Shown here one piece after another: positions 1-12,307 of a stretch of DNA of 64,000 nt (position 1 is the first letter of the stretch; every line of letters begins with the position of its first letter). The notes under the pieces were generated by a model, which was given only the letters and a program-made list of their open reading frames with translations, was not told where the DNA came from and made no database searches. A program made the position numbers and the translations under genes. The stretch comes from Tetramitus jugosus (taxonomy: Eukaryota; Protista; Heterolobosea), in the NCBI GenBank assembly GCA_937625935.1, contig OW569383.1, positions 310,001 to 374,000 on the forward strand, read 5' to 3'.

Positions 1-1
1 T

Positions 2-76
2 GATTCAAGGAGGAGTCGCTCTAGCAGCGTGTTTGAATCTCATGGAGAGTTGCCTTCCATTAATCGAAGGTTGTGA
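2..76 (+). CDS. Probable 3' end of a gene starting upstream of the window (…DSRRSRSSSVFESHGELPSINRRL*)
   Basis: Open frame from base 2 to TGA at 74-76 with protein-like composition, followed by AT-rich UTR-like sequence converging on the RIIa gene. Confidence 0.35.
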   Translation, partial: DSRRSRSSSVFESHGELPSINRRL

Positions 77-228
77 CATGGTGCTTTTATTTGTCAGTCA
101 GTGTTTCACTGTCTGACATTCGTAATTACAAATAATACACACCGCATCATTTTTACACAAGGGAGCAAACAAATGACTCTAGAGTTATTCGAGCTTGGAA
201 TGTTAGTTCATCGTTGATGAATTCTTTG

Positions 229-477
229 TTATTTTGTTGATTCTGGGTTCCCAATTGGCTCTTCAGATTGCGTGTTGTGCTCTGGATGATTCTTGAGGCG
301 GAAAGGTGGTTTCTGACCTGCTTTCACGGCAAAGTAGTTGGCTGACCACTTGTAGAGGTCTTCCGGAGATGGTTGAGCTCGGATTGCATCCTTCGTAAAT
401 ATCTTGATGATCGATCCTAGATCTTGAGGAATAGCGATCTGTTCCGAACAATACAGAATCTCACTCTTCAGAGGCAT
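229..477 (-). CDS. ROPN1L: Small RIIa (dimerisation/docking) domain protein, ropporin-1-like/RSP11 family (ciliary radial spoke)
   Basis: MPL…YCSEQIAIPQDLGSIIKIFTKDAIRAQP…LYKWSANYF closely matches the ropporin/ROPN1L N-terminus (C.QQI.IPP.LP.ILK.FTKAAIRTQP…W.A.YF). Confidence 0.85.
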   Translation of the reverse strand: MPLKSEILYCSEQIAIPQDLGSIIKIFTKDAIRAQPSPEDLYKWSANYFAVKAGQKPPFRLKNHPEHNTQSEEPIGNPESTK

Positions 478-584
478 TTATGAATCGGTTGGTACTGTGT
501 TTCTCAGAAAAAGCTTTGAGCTGCATTTGCAACCAGTTTATCGTTAATCAAATTGGCGCGCACTCCCGGAGAATCATAAAGAAA

Positions 585-2954
585 CTAAAATTCTGTATTA
601 TGCGATTGACGATGTTTCTGTTGCACGACAGTAAAGTGTGTCAACAGCTCCCTATTAATTTCGTCATCCCGTTCCGTTGATGGTTGTGGTTTTGAGTCAT
701 TCACTGGGATCAACTGGAGCAGTGCCAGTGTGTTCACGCATTGTAACCTCTTGTTCAACTTGTCGTAGGCTGTACTCTGTGGAAGTAGCATTAAAATACC
801 ATACAGAGCTTTCAATAAATAAATTTCTTTGGCTGGCTCCAGTAGTTGAAGTCTTAAGTCAGCAAACACGGGTGATTCGATAAGCTGTACCAAGTTATCA
901 ATCTGAACCAAAAAGCTAACAGAAGCATCAATCTGAGAAAATGTTTTGACCAACTCGCACGCATGCTTGTAGTTCTTTGCCAAGAGACACAAGCTGAGTG
1001 TTGCCACAGGGTTATGACACCAACTCTTGTACAATTGTTGGAATAGTTCTACACTCTCGGGACAGCTTGACCCCTTCTTGATCAACTCTCGCAACTCCGA
1101 CAGCTCCTTGCTGGTCAACAGGATCATGTTCAGAGTTTGAATCATAACACTGCAAAACTCTAGATTCGTGTCATATGTCTGTAAAATCTTGGACAATTCA
1201 CAATAAATCTTCTCCGGGTCCAACATGACTGACAATTGTCGAATGATGAAACCTGCCTTGGCCAATAATTTCTGATCCGTGCGCAACATACTCACCAAAT
1301 TCTTCAAAAACTTGACAAAGTTTTGCTCAGTGGAAGAGACAATGGCCAAAACTTCCAAGTCCAGCGAAACGACTTCATCTGAAGGATCAGACAGCGTCTT
1401 CAACAGCAATATGAACACCACATCAATCACCTTCATCACACTGTCCATGTCCTTGTTCAACAAAATGTGTAACCAATTGAGTGCAACCACTCTACTCGGC
1501 ACAGAAAACTTTTCCAGTTCAACCTTTAGATGATGCAACAGTTCATTGAACGCAATCTGATGCTTCTGACTCTTTTGTATACACGAAATGAGTTCCTTGT
1601 TGGTCAAGGCAGCTGCCGTCCGTATCGACTCTTGCTTGTGCGATATACTGGGCAAAACAACAGCCACCAGCGACGCATAGTACGGTATGAGCTTATTGTG
1701 CTGACCCAGCAACAAAAACTTGTGAATCCACTGCAGTGCTCTCTCCCTTGTTCTCTCATCTTCCGATGTCGCATGACTACTGATAATGGTCACCAGTGGA
1801 CCCAGATCCACACTATCAGACAACTCACCAATCTCAATCAAAAACTCTTCGAGCACACTGGACGCTCTCTGAACAATTTCCTTGTTTGGATCACTGAGCA
1901 TTGAAAACAGCCCGTGCAGAAACTGTGGCAAATACTCAATCATGTTTATATCGGGAACACTGTCCAGAATCATGATCCAACCCACCAGAAACTGTCGAAC
2001 AAATGGATTATTGCTCGATATTCGTTCACGAATCAACGGAACAAACTGTTCCACATCAAAGTGATCATCCTCTGTTGCCACATCCTTCATCAATCGATCC
2101 AACAATGTACTCGCATTCTTGACTGCATTGTCAGGATCGGCAGACAACTTGCACAACCCATCAAAAATGGCATTAAAAAAAACTAGCGTGTGACCACGCG
2201 CTACTTTTGCAATATTGTACAGAGCTTCACACGCATGAAAACGAACCTTTGAATCATGATCTGCAAAACAACTCAAAACAGGAGGAATTAAATCGTTCAT
2301 AAAGTGACAAATTCCACGATGACCCAGAGCAATCGATGCTGATGCGAGACCCCACAATCCACCACGTCTCATATTCGGTTGAACCGAGTGAATGAATTGT
2401 GTGTTGAGAGCAATGAGTACTTGTCTTACTTGATTGATGTTATTATTATTATTATTACTGGTATTACTAGTATTAGATGATGTTTCATCTTTTTGATTTA
2501 GTATTGTTGTTGATGATGATAATGATGGTGAAGTTGTTTTACTAGTAGTAGTAGTATTGGTAGTAGTAGGAGTATTAGTGATATTAGTAGTGGTGGTGGT
2601 GGTGATGGAAGAGGTAGTACCCATTGTTGCATGATTCATATTTTGTTGTTGTTGTTGATTCGTGTTATTATTATTCGTGGTGTGATTGGGAGTGTAGTAC
2701 AATTTTCGAATCAAATTTTCAATTTCTTCACCTCCTATTCTCTTCTTTTCTTTTCGATCACCCAAATTTCGAATGACACTCTGTGGGAATGTATATGTCT
2801 CATTTTGTTGAATTTGTACTACTTGTTGTTGTTGAGATGAGGTTGTTGATTGTGGTTGATTAGTTGTTGTTGTTGTAGTTGTGGATGTAGGTGGTGGTGA
2901 GGATGATTTAATGTTGTTGTTGAGATTGGATGATAATGAAGATGAAGATAACAT
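585..2954 (-). CDS. VAC14: VAC14 scaffold of the PIKfyve/Fab1-Fig4 complex (HEAT repeats)
   Basis: Motifs RRGGLWGLAS, PPVLSCFAD.DSKVRFHACEALYNIAKV, LYKSWCHNPVATLSLCLL, LVQLIESPVF..LRLQLLEP, LLKALYGILMLLPQS; T/N low-complexity inserts. Confidence 0.97.
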   Translation of the reverse strand: MLSSSSLSSNLNNNIKSSSPPPTSTTTTTTTNQPQSTTSSQQQQVVQIQQNETYTFPQSVIRNLGDRKEKKRIGGEEIENLIRKLYYTPNHTTNNNNTNQQQQQNMNHATMGTTSSITTTTTTNITNTPTTTNTTTTSKTTSPSLSSSTTILNQKDETSSNTSNTSNNNNNNINQVRQVLIALNTQFIHSVQPNMRRGGLWGLASASIALGHRGICHFMNDLIPPVLSCFADHDSKVRFHACEALYNIAKVARGHTLVFFNAIFDGLCKLSADPDNAVKNASTLLDRLMKDVATEDDHFDVEQFVPLIRERISSNNPFVRQFLVGWIMILDSVPDINMIEYLPQFLHGLFSMLSDPNKEIVQRASSVLEEFLIEIGELSDSVDLGPLVTIISSHATSEDERTRERALQWIHKFLLLGQHNKLIPYYASLVAVVLPSISHKQESIRTAAALTNKELISCIQKSQKHQIAFNELLHHLKVELEKFSVPSRVVALNWLHILLNKDMDSVMKVIDVVFILLLKTLSDPSDEVVSLDLEVLAIVSSTEQNFVKFLKNLVSMLRTDQKLLAKAGFIIRQLSVMLDPEKIYCELSKILQTYDTNLEFCSVMIQTLNMILLTSKELSELRELIKKGSSCPESVELFQQLYKSWCHNPVATLSLCLLAKNYKHACELVKTFSQIDASVSFLVQIDNLVQLIESPVFADLRLQLLEPAKEIYLLKALYGILMLLPQSTAYDKLNKRLQCVNTLALLQLIPVNDSKPQPSTERDDEINRELLTHFTVVQQKHRQSHNTEF

Positions 2955-3133
2955 GTTTTGCCTTTCTGATGAAAAAAACGTGTATTTTGTTTCTTTCTCT
3001 TCTCTTTTTTTTTTGTTTGTGAAAAATTACTCCTCCATTTGAGACTATTATAAAAATAGATCTGATCAAAAAAGAAAAGCAGAGAGAAAAAGAAAAACAA
3101 CAACAACAACAACAACAATTTTCTTTTAAAGTG

Positions 3134-5336
3134 ATGTTGACAGATAATCTCAATCCATCTTCACCCTCTCAACGCATCAAACGATTCATTCTTCTCAAAA
3201 TTGCTCAAAAGCTACACTTTTTCAGTTGGCTCGCATTTCTCATTGGTTTCACATGGTTCTTCCTATGGCCCATCCTCTCTCACAAGACTTACTTTTCAGA
3301 GAACGCACTCGGTGTAGGTCAACATCACAATAAATTTTCTAGAGATGATCTCACTTGGTCCGAAAAGCAAACGACACGAATTTTACAATCACTTTTTGTA
3401 ACGAACGCTGATGGTGGTAAGAATGGTGTGCAAACGAGGGAAGATGACTTGAAAATGCAAATGTTGAGTGCATTGGAACAGAGTTTGTACACGATTGGAC
3501 TCAAAACAAAGATTCATTCGTATCAATTGAACAGAACATACTTTAATCAGACGATTGTCGTGCGGGGAAGCAACTTGTATTCGACTCTGAGAGCTCACAA
3601 GGGTAATGGTAAGGAATCTATTGTCATAAAGGTACCTTTTCCAAGCAAGTGCTTTACCACTGGTAGTGATGGTAGTGATGGTGATCAGCAAGAGAGGAAA
3701 ACATGCATGGAAAATGTGCAAATGGGATTGGCACTCATGCGATGCTTCTCGAGACAAAAATGGTTGCATCACGATATTATATTCGTGATTGCAGATCGAA
3801 CGGACAAGCAATGGGCAGGTGATGAAGCATTTACAAGGTCACAAGAAGTGCCAACAGGAAAGATTAGAGAAGCAATTATTTTGGACTTTGATACGTTCCA
3901 GTTCCAGAGCATTGGTATATTGACAGAGGGATTCAATGGTGAGTTACCCAATTTGGATTTGGTGAATACGGCGATTCGATTGGCAAAGTATCAAGGAATT
4001 GACAAGGTTTCACTGTTCAAGTACGATCATTATTCCAGTGATCCAAAGCACTTGTTGCCCTACCCAGTGTACCTGTACTATCGACTTGTCACTCATGTTA
4101 AGGCACTTGTGCGCAAGCATATCCCACAGTGGAGAATCCCGAGTTACGAGGACGGTGATGTGTTCGACAAGAGCATAACGGTGATACACAACGTGTACAA
4201 TCAACTTGTAGGTCTTTCGACGGGAGCTCATGCATGGTATAGAAAGCAATCAACACATGCATTGACTCTGACGGATACAAATGGTAAATCTGCCAAGTCT
4301 CGAGGCAAAAGCTACAACATGATATCGGTTGGTAACTTGGTGGAGGGTGTGGTGCGAAGCATGAATAATTTGATTGAAGAGCTTCATCAGTCCTTCTTCA
4401 TGTACTTTATGGATTCTACAATGACTTATTATGGATTTGAGCACTATATGCCGAATTTGGCTGTGCTTCTCGTTCCAATCGCCTTGCAGGTATGTTGTGA
4501 CACTTTGTTTTTTCGTTTTATTAGAGAATAGAGACACTTAACAACAATGATGGCTTGAAAATATATAGTTTGTGGGAAACTACTTCATGTCTGAGCAGCA
4601 ACAACTTATGCATTCTCTAGCTTACTTTGGCGTGACTGTGACTGCAGGTAGTATCATTTATGTTCTTCCGTTCGCACTTCAACAATTATTGCCCGCAATT
4701 GTTGGGTCTAATGGTATTGAAGCTCATCAATTCTTTGCCCTATGGGTTGGATTATCATCATTGATTATTCTCTTGCTATTCTTGATTGGATATCCAATTG
4801 TTGATCGAGTTTACAATCTCTTGTTTATGGATCAGGAAGAAGAGGACTCTGATCATGACAAATCAAAGAATCAGGACAAAACCATGGTAGAGTGGAAAAC
4901 TGTGAAGGCATTCGCCATGTCATACTGCTGCATCATTCTTGGAGTGTTGCTCGTGTTGGAGAGTGCATTTTGTATTGTGACATCCATGTACTTGTTTATT
5001 ATGTCTGCTCTTTTGACGAACATGCACAACAGAGGCGTCTTGAAGTACTTGCAATTCGTTGCTTTGTTGATTGTGTCTCCAATTACGATTGCTGGAGTGG
5101 TAATTGTTGGAAACTTGTACAATATGCATGGATTGGACACTGTAAGCTGGATCTCGACATTCGACAGATTCTTGAGTCAACAATTTATCAATTTTAACAC
5201 CAATATTGTGTTCATCTGCTTCTGTACACTGTTCGTTCCAGTGTGGCTCATGTTCATCAAGTTAGTTCTCTCAGCCATGCGAGGCAGACTGCTTCTGGAT
5301 CAGGAGGATCAAGAAACAAAGAGGAAGAAGGATTGA
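3134..5336 (+). CDS. GPAA1: GPI transamidase subunit Gaa1/GPAA1; 2 exons (3134-4489, 4569-5336)
   Basis: N-terminal TM then TYFSENAL, GxNLY..LRA..G.GKE, EGFNGELPNLDLVN, EGVVRSMNNLIEELHQSFFMY; GTATGT…ATAG intron 4490-4568 joins in frame to a multi-TM C-terminal exon. Confidence 0.93.
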
Positions 5337-5774
5337 AAGTTCTAATGGTATTTGACAAAGGATGAGGAATATTCAGATTACAACCATCAATGATCACGAC
5401 TTTTCTAATTCTGGTATTCGTTTGTAAACGAATTTCACACTCTATTTTGGGCGACTGGGAATTCCCATCGGGTGCATCTCCCTTTTTAAAGGAAAGAAAC
5501 AACGTTGCTACACAAAGCACAAAAACAACATTTGAACCGAACTCTTTGCAAACCTTCTAAAATACGCTCATAGTCAGGGACCTGAGGTAAATATATTACA
5601 AGACTAAACCTCTCCGTAAAAACCAACGAAACACTAAGCACCAAACAACGTCCTCTTTCTGACAGAAACGGGTCACTTCCACCACGATCATCATAGACAA
5701 AAGCTCCAGGTTGGATCCAAACAACAAATTCTCATACTCAATTCTATCTACTTAAATAGTCAACCACATACACA

Positions 5775-6335
5775 ATGATGCAGAATAATGAACAATTATC
5801 GACGGTACCAACAACCACCCCCAGTGCCAATATCTACTCGGAATCTCCATTTGCCAAGAGACTTCTTGCCAGGAGAGCCTCGATGTTTGATCCTCCCAAG
5901 AGCTCCACATTTTCACTGAATCCAACACTGCAAAACAACCGAAATCCTCCTTCGAGTTCACCGACTTCAAAATCTCCGGAATTGAGTCGGTTGACCATTC
6001 GTCGCTCCTCCTTTCAAGAAAGAGCACCCACCCCAGTACCTCCGTTCGTTGCACCTGATGTTGAAGTCCCCAAGGAGATGCTCAAACAACAATTGAAAAA
6101 GTACTCGTATTTGCCCAACAATGTATCCTCGGATGGTAGTCAACCAAGGCCCTCCACTCCGATTCCATCGGAAACGGTGCTGAGAGATAAGAAACAAGTG
6201 TTTCAATTGCTGAACAGAAACAATATGGACGACGTGATGTGTAATAATAATGGTAATGCCATGAATCCTCAAGAGAGACATGATCAAATCGTTGAAGCCC
6301 TCAGTAAGAATATAGGTGGCATGAATAAACTCTAA
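5775..6335 (+). CDS. Hypothetical Ser/Pro-rich protein (186 aa)
   Basis: ATG-initiated ORF with protein-like composition filling the gap between GPAA1 and TRAPPC11; no recognised domain. Confidence 0.6.
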   Translation: MMQNNEQLSTVPTTTPSANIYSESPFAKRLLARRASMFDPPKSSTFSLNPTLQNNRNPPSSSPTSKSPELSRLTIRRSSFQERAPTPVPPFVAPDVEVPKEMLKQQLKKYSYLPNNVSSDGSQPRPSTPIPSETVLRDKKQVFQLLNRNNMDDVMCNNNGNAMNPQERHDQIVEALSKNIGGMNKL

Positions 6336-6450
6336 AATGCATTGATTTTCTCGACTATACAATGACAACTTTTTCCTCTAATCGTCTCAAATCGAACTCT
6401 TGTACCGAAAGCATTAAATCAAGTTGGTTATGTGCCGCGAATAAATAATT

Positions 6451-9400
6451 TTATGTCATGTGAACAAAGATGGACCACCTCTCACTCTCGGTCAATACGT
6501 GAGCCTGTTCACGAACAGCCTTGAGTGTGAACTTTGGGAAAGTGATGTGACCTGTGAGCACTGGAATCATTATATAGGTCATTGTTTTTTCACTGAATGG
6601 CAGAATAGTAAAATTGAGTTGCGTAGTTCCAGAGAAGAAGAATGATTCACTGTCAGCCACTTGCAACTGCAATTCCTGGAGTGTGCTGCTCTCGTTGAAG
6701 ATTGTGAGCTTGGCCTCGAATGGCTTGCCGAGCACTGCTTCGCTTGGTGAGTCAAATGTCGCTCTCAGATTTCTGTGATAAATGTTCAGACTTGGCAGAG
6801 GCACCTCATAGGTAATGCTGGTGCATGATGGGTCGACATCGGTAGTGATCAGAGGATTCTGTCTGTGACAAGTAATGATCAATGAGCCCGTCTTGATACT
6901 TCTACCGCTAATGTTTGCCTTGAGCACATGGCACAACGTGTAGGCATCACGCTGCTCCATGTATTCCTTACCGACGAATGAGGATGGAACACTGGTTGTG
7001 TCATCTCTCTTGCGTTTCTCTTCAAAATCAACAATCTTATCAGAACAGCACTCAATGTTGGGTGTGCCCTCGTCTGATTGCTCGGCTTGAACGAACCGCA
7101 CACGATCAATGAGTATCGGATACGGTGTGTTGCATGACAGTGTTGTGGACACTAGGATTTGCTGGTGTGCAGGGAATCCTTCATTGAAGCGGAATTGATT
7201 GTCCTGCTTGTTCGCAGTAATCTTCAATGGATCATGCACGGCAACATTCTGTACTGCGTTGTTAATAATCTTCTGGAAGAAGGATATGCTCTGAGAAGGC
7301 ACTAGCCGGAAGCCATCTTTGCCAGTAGATCGACTGCCCATGTATGTAAAAGTGGCATCGAACGGATATTGTACATAAATGTCGAGATCGGAGGACTGAG
7401 ACAACGATGGATACGTTGTTGACTCGTATGCAAAGTTCACCTTGAGTCTAATCATTCCAGGTACGACACACTGGAGGAATAGAATAATCTCCTTTGTTGT
7501 GTTGGCTGCAATCGTGTCGACCATTACACTCGGCTCTGTCGACAACTCTACCAACTTGTTATTCACACTGGTTAAAATCCTCACATTCAATATTGGATTA
7601 ATCTGTAGGATACCTCTGATAACGTTGTCGTCGTTCGAATTGAGCAGCACCTTTACGGCGTAGAATTCATTGATGAGTGCGGGTGGTCTGTGCTCAAACT
7701 TGATCTCCAACTTTGGCTTTGGTTCAGTGACTCGAATCACAGGTCGCTCAACAAACAAGGAGTCCTCTCCTACTTCATATCTGTAATCGTAATTTGCAAT
7801 CAGACTTGAGTAGTACTTGTTGTCATTCATTTTCCATTGGAAACAAATTTGTTGGCCACTATGACCAACCAAGTACAAATTCACGGCCTCGCATTCAAAC
7901 TCTTGCTTCTCCTTGATGATCATGGGGAATGAATAAGTAGTTGCTTCTCCATTGGGTTGCAGAGTGAGGTCCAAAATCTTAGGATCTGTTTGCGCTGGAG
8001 GATAAGAAAACACTTGTGTTAAATCTTCTCCGTCGGTCAATGTGAAGTTATAGGCCTTCTTCTTGAACTGAACATTAATCTTCTGGAATTTGATCGCCTT
8101 GGGACTGAAGCACTTGAATTGCAAATTCAGACGAATTGGCTCATGAACACAAACAAACGGCTTCTCAAACTGCAGTGCCATACCCAATACTGCGTGTCTT
8201 GAATCGACATCAACAATCAATGGTGCATCCAGAGGAGCAACTCCACTCTCGCTCGACCCGTCCAAAAAGCTCAACAACTCTGTTAAAAAAGTTTCCTTTT
8301 CGCTTTCGGTTGTGTCCAATTTGGTTGAGATCAAATCAATCAGGCAAGTAAGATAATCCTTTGGTTTGCCCATCTCCTTTGCGCACGTAAGGGAGAGTCG
8401 TCTAACTGATGTGTACAAGTTGTACCATTGCTCCTTTTTGTACGTTTTTGCAATTCGATCAAAGAACATTTTTGCTCGCTCCCATTGTTTCGAATAGTAG
8501 TGTTCCTCGGCAATCGCACTCGAGATGGAATAGGTCAATCGCTTCATCGCTTGATGTTTCTTATAATTGTTGTACGCTTTCATGAGCATAGAGATAATGT
8601 CCTCCGAATGTCTCACAGTGAGAATCTCCTTTGCAAAATCTCTGAAAATCTGTCGATTGGGCAACTCCTTCAGCAGCGACGAAGCATTGGTCTCCTGTCC
8701 CAAAAACAACTGAGGATCCATATCAATCTGTTGTCCATAGAATCCCTCATAACAAGACTCGCCATCTCTCTTCAAATCTTCAATAATCTGTGCGTTATTC
8801 TGCAACAATGACTCAATTGGGGCGCGGTATCGGCTACAGACCTTTTGTGCTGCAATCTTTCTAAACTTTGCCTGTGAAGCAGCTGCCTGGAAATAGTAGC
8901 CTGGGTTGTGATAACTGTCCTCCTTTTTCAAATAACCAGTGGGCAATGACTCTAGCATCTCACCAAACATTCTATACTGTCTATATACTAGAGAATAGTG
9001 CTTGAACAAGAGACCTCTTCTCTGATGATCACCAGACAGTGACTTGTACCATGCAATGTGCTTCAAGAATTGTTTAATTCCCTGATCTACAGTCTTTCTG
9101 TCCGTGAGCTTCAACTGACAAATTCTAAAGTTGATAATATCACCCACTGTCTTTAGTTCACTCTCACTGATGCCATGATCACGTGGATTGACAACCATGA
9201 GATACGAGTAGGACTGAGTCAAATATTTAACCACTTTTTGATTGTTGTTGCTCGTCAGTGGTGTGCTACCCTGCGCAAAACTTCTCATACTAATCTCACT
9301 GTAATAAGCAACCTTGAATCGATGTCTCGCATAAAGATAAGGCTGCCCAACAGTGCTCACCTCACTCTTCATCTTCTTGACACGCAATGCTTGTTCCTTA

Positions 9401-10184
9401 TAATACTGTACACTCAATTCTTGCAAAGCTTTTCCCAATTTGGAGCTAATGACACTCGCATTGCTCAAATCAGACTCTTCGATCTGCTGCACGTGCTTGA
9501 AACTTTCCATGTTGCACGATTTTTTCAACCAACTGTAAAAATCATCCACTTTGAGTGTTTCAGTCTCTACTGGATCCAATGGATGATCAGAGTGGCCTCC
9601 ACTGCTTCCACCACTCACACCACCACCACCACTATTAATGACAATCGTAAGGTCTTTTGGCTTTGATTTCGTAACGACCAACAAGACAAATTTCGTGTTG
9701 CGATTCACTGCTCTCTTCTTCAAATTTTCAACCTGTGAAGCAATCATTTGTTCTTGTTCTCTCCAATTGGACTGTTCAGGCTTCCATTCGACCAAAATGA
9801 TGACAACAGAAGGTATTCTCTCCTATACTCACACCAACAACCAACACGACAAACAAAAAATTCAAAATTTTTTTTAAGCTTCAAAGACAAAACAACAAAA
9901 ACAAGCAACAACAACAAAAAATGAAAGTAAAATGTTGAAAATAAAATATGTACCTGATGTTTTCTCATCCAACCTCTCTTCATGAGACCTTGTGGTCGAT
10001 ATCCTTCAAATGATCTTCTCACCTTCTTCAATGGCAATGAATTCTCATTAACAAAGCTTAGGACAGCCAATGAGTCAAACAAGTCGGATAAACAGGTGGA
10101 TATGGGCTTATGATACTCTTGAAGATACGCAAGTGCAATGACATGCACTGGAGTATGTGTAAGCTCCACTGGATATTGATTCAT
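6451..10184 (-). CDS. TRAPPC11: TRAPP complex subunit 11 (foie gras/Gryzun); 2 exons (10184-9954, 9822-6451)
   Basis: YP.EL…P…IAL, P.GLMKRGWMRKH|Q.IPSVV, RHRFKVAYYSE, HNPGYYFQAA, C-terminal FFFSG…P…G…FP; GTACAT…TAG intron 9953-9823 keeps the frame. Confidence 0.93.
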
Positions 10185-10435
10185 GAATGTTGATGATGTT
10201 GATGTTGATTGAGATATTTCGTGTGTTGTTCCTTTTGTTGCCTTTGATGTTTTCAAAGCTCGAAAAAAAAATTTTGGTGCCTTCGGGGAATATCAATTTT
10301 CGCGATGAGACGGAGTAATTTTGACACGAGTTTTAAGTTACAGAGAAGTTGGTTTCAAGTCTTTGCCTTTCCTGCTTCTCGATAAGTTGTATGAGCACTA
10401 ACCAATATTGTGTGACATGAGAACATTTTCATGTC

Positions 10436-11983
10436 TTAATCAATGTCCCATTCTTCAAACTTTGGTTGAGAAGTTTGCTCGCTACTTGGTGAGAAAAAGT
10501 CTGGCACTTCACCATCTTGGTAAATCTTAGAAATGATGGGAGTAACAGTAGATTCAAGGTCCTTTTGCCTTCTTTCGTATTCCTCCTTTGATGCATATGG
10601 ACGGTTGTCCAACCAGAGGATAGCATCATCAACAGCAGTCTTCAGGTGTCCTTTATCTTCTGCAGATAGGTTTCCACCAACAGTTGGGCCATCAAATGCA
10701 TTTCGCACATGATACAAATAGGATTCCAATCTGCTCTTAGCATCGATCTTCATCGTCTCTTCTGCCTTTCTCAACATGTCATCAATTTCCTCTTGGCACA
10801 GCGATCGATACAAGGTACAGGCGATGAAGAAGTCTTGCGGTCGGGTAAGAACATCAGCTTGAGAAGCTGCACCATAAGCTACAACCTCATCGGGGTTGAT
10901 TCTTTTGAGGAGTTCTTTGCCATTGAAGAAGTCCTTCAACATTTCTTGGATCATTGGAATTCTGGTGGAACCACCGACCAAGACAACATCGTCTATTTGG
11001 TCCTTGTCTAAATTGGAGTCAGCCAATACTTTCTCGATATGTTCCAAGCAAGAACTGAACAAATCAGCGTTCATCTGCTCGAACTTTTCTCTGGTGATAG
11101 GAGACGCGAAGTCAATGTTATCCATCAAAGATTCAATTTGCACTGAGGCCTTGTCTGCTGTCGACAAGGTTATCTTTGCTCTTTCACAGGCAGCTCTCAA
11201 TCTTCTCAAGGCGGTTGGATTATCTGCCAAGTCCTTCTTGTACTTGCGCTTGAACTCATGCCTGAAGTATTCAACCATTCTGTTATCAAAATCTTCACCG
11301 CCCAAGTGAGTGTCGCCAGCAGTAGCCTTGATTTCAATGACACAATCCTCAATGTACAACATGGAAACGTCGAACGTGCCACCTCCCAAATCAAAGATCA
11401 CAATATTCCTTTCTCCCTCGGTGTTCAAACCATAGGCAACGGCAGCGGCCGTTGGTTCGTTGATGATTCTCAACACTTCCAAACCTGCGAGTGTACAAGC
11501 CTCCTTTGTTGCCTGTCTCTGAGAATCATTAAAGTAAGCTGGAACAGTGATGACAGCCTTCTTGACTTTTTGACCCAAGCAGCTTTCAGCATATTCTTTC
11601 ATCTTGGCCAAAATCATGGATGAGATTTCTTCTGGGGAGAATGTTTCTTGTTTGCCCTTGAACTCAACTTGAATATATGGTCTTCCTTCTCTATCAATCA
11701 CCTTGAAAGGCGAGTGTTTCGCATCTTGTTGTATTTGAGGGTCAGAAAAGTTTCTGCCAATCAATCTCTTGGCGTCGAACACAGTATTGGGTGCATTCAA
11801 AGACAATTGGTTCTTTGCAGAGTCACCAATCAGTATCTCAGTATCAGTGAATGCTACATAGGATGGAGTAGTTCGGTTTCCTTGATCGTTCGGAATAATT
11901 GTTACCACACCGTTCTGCATTACACCAACACATGTGCGTGTAGTACCGAGATCAATGCCTATAGCTCCTTTATATTCCGTCAT
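10436..11983 (-). CDS. Atypical cytosolic-type Hsp70: intact ATPase domain and alpha-helical lid, no peptide-binding beta subdomain (515 aa)
   Basis: [64 protein letters not shown]; then goes directly to L.QEEID.M…LESY…; ends EEWDID. ATG at 11983 ([13 protein letters not shown]). Confidence 0.95.
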   Translation of the reverse strand: MTEYKGAIGIDLGTTRTCVGVMQNGVVTIIPNDQGNRTTPSYVAFTDTEILIGDSAKNQLSLNAPNTVFDAKRLIGRNFSDPQIQQDAKHSPFKVIDREGRPYIQVEFKGKQETFSPEEISSMILAKMKEYAESCLGQKVKKAVITVPAYFNDSQRQATKEACTLAGLEVLRIINEPTAAAVAYGLNTEGERNIVIFDLGGGTFDVSMLYIEDCVIEIKATAGDTHLGGEDFDNRMVEYFRHEFKRKYKKDLADNPTALRRLRAACERAKITLSTADKASVQIESLMDNIDFASPITREKFEQMNADLFSSCLEHIEKVLADSNLDKDQIDDVVLVGGSTRIPMIQEMLKDFFNGKELLKRINPDEVVAYGAASQADVLTRPQDFFIACTLYRSLCQEEIDDMLRKAEETMKIDAKSRLESYLYHVRNAFDGPTVGGNLSAEDKGHLKTAVDDAILWLDNRPYASKEEYERRQKDLESTVTPIISKIYQDGEVPDFFSPSSEQTSQPKFEEWDID

Positions 11984-12307
11984 TCTTGTTTGCAATGTTA
12001 GTTTCCTTTTTTCTTTCTGAAAGCATCCCAGATGATGTTCCGTGATGAACAATGGTCAGGAAATGAGAGCGGAATTGCTGATTTCCTGAAGTTCCTTCAC
12101 TCCACTAAATGACCTATGTGGAGTGATATCCTTTTTTTGACAGTTGTTCGGGACAGCCAGACCTGGGAGAAACCACTGTAAACAAATACGGCCGGAAAAC
12201 GCTTCTGCTGTTTGTGACCGAACAAAGAGAATCTCTTCCCAAAAGAAGGAACAAAAAAGAAAAGTACCGGACCGACCTTCACAAAACACAACATAACAAC
12301 AAAAACA

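Noticed and set aside
10790-10850. Intron explaining the missing Hsp70 substrate-binding domain
   Set aside because: The sequence is absent from the DNA and the frame is continuous; splicing cannot supply it.
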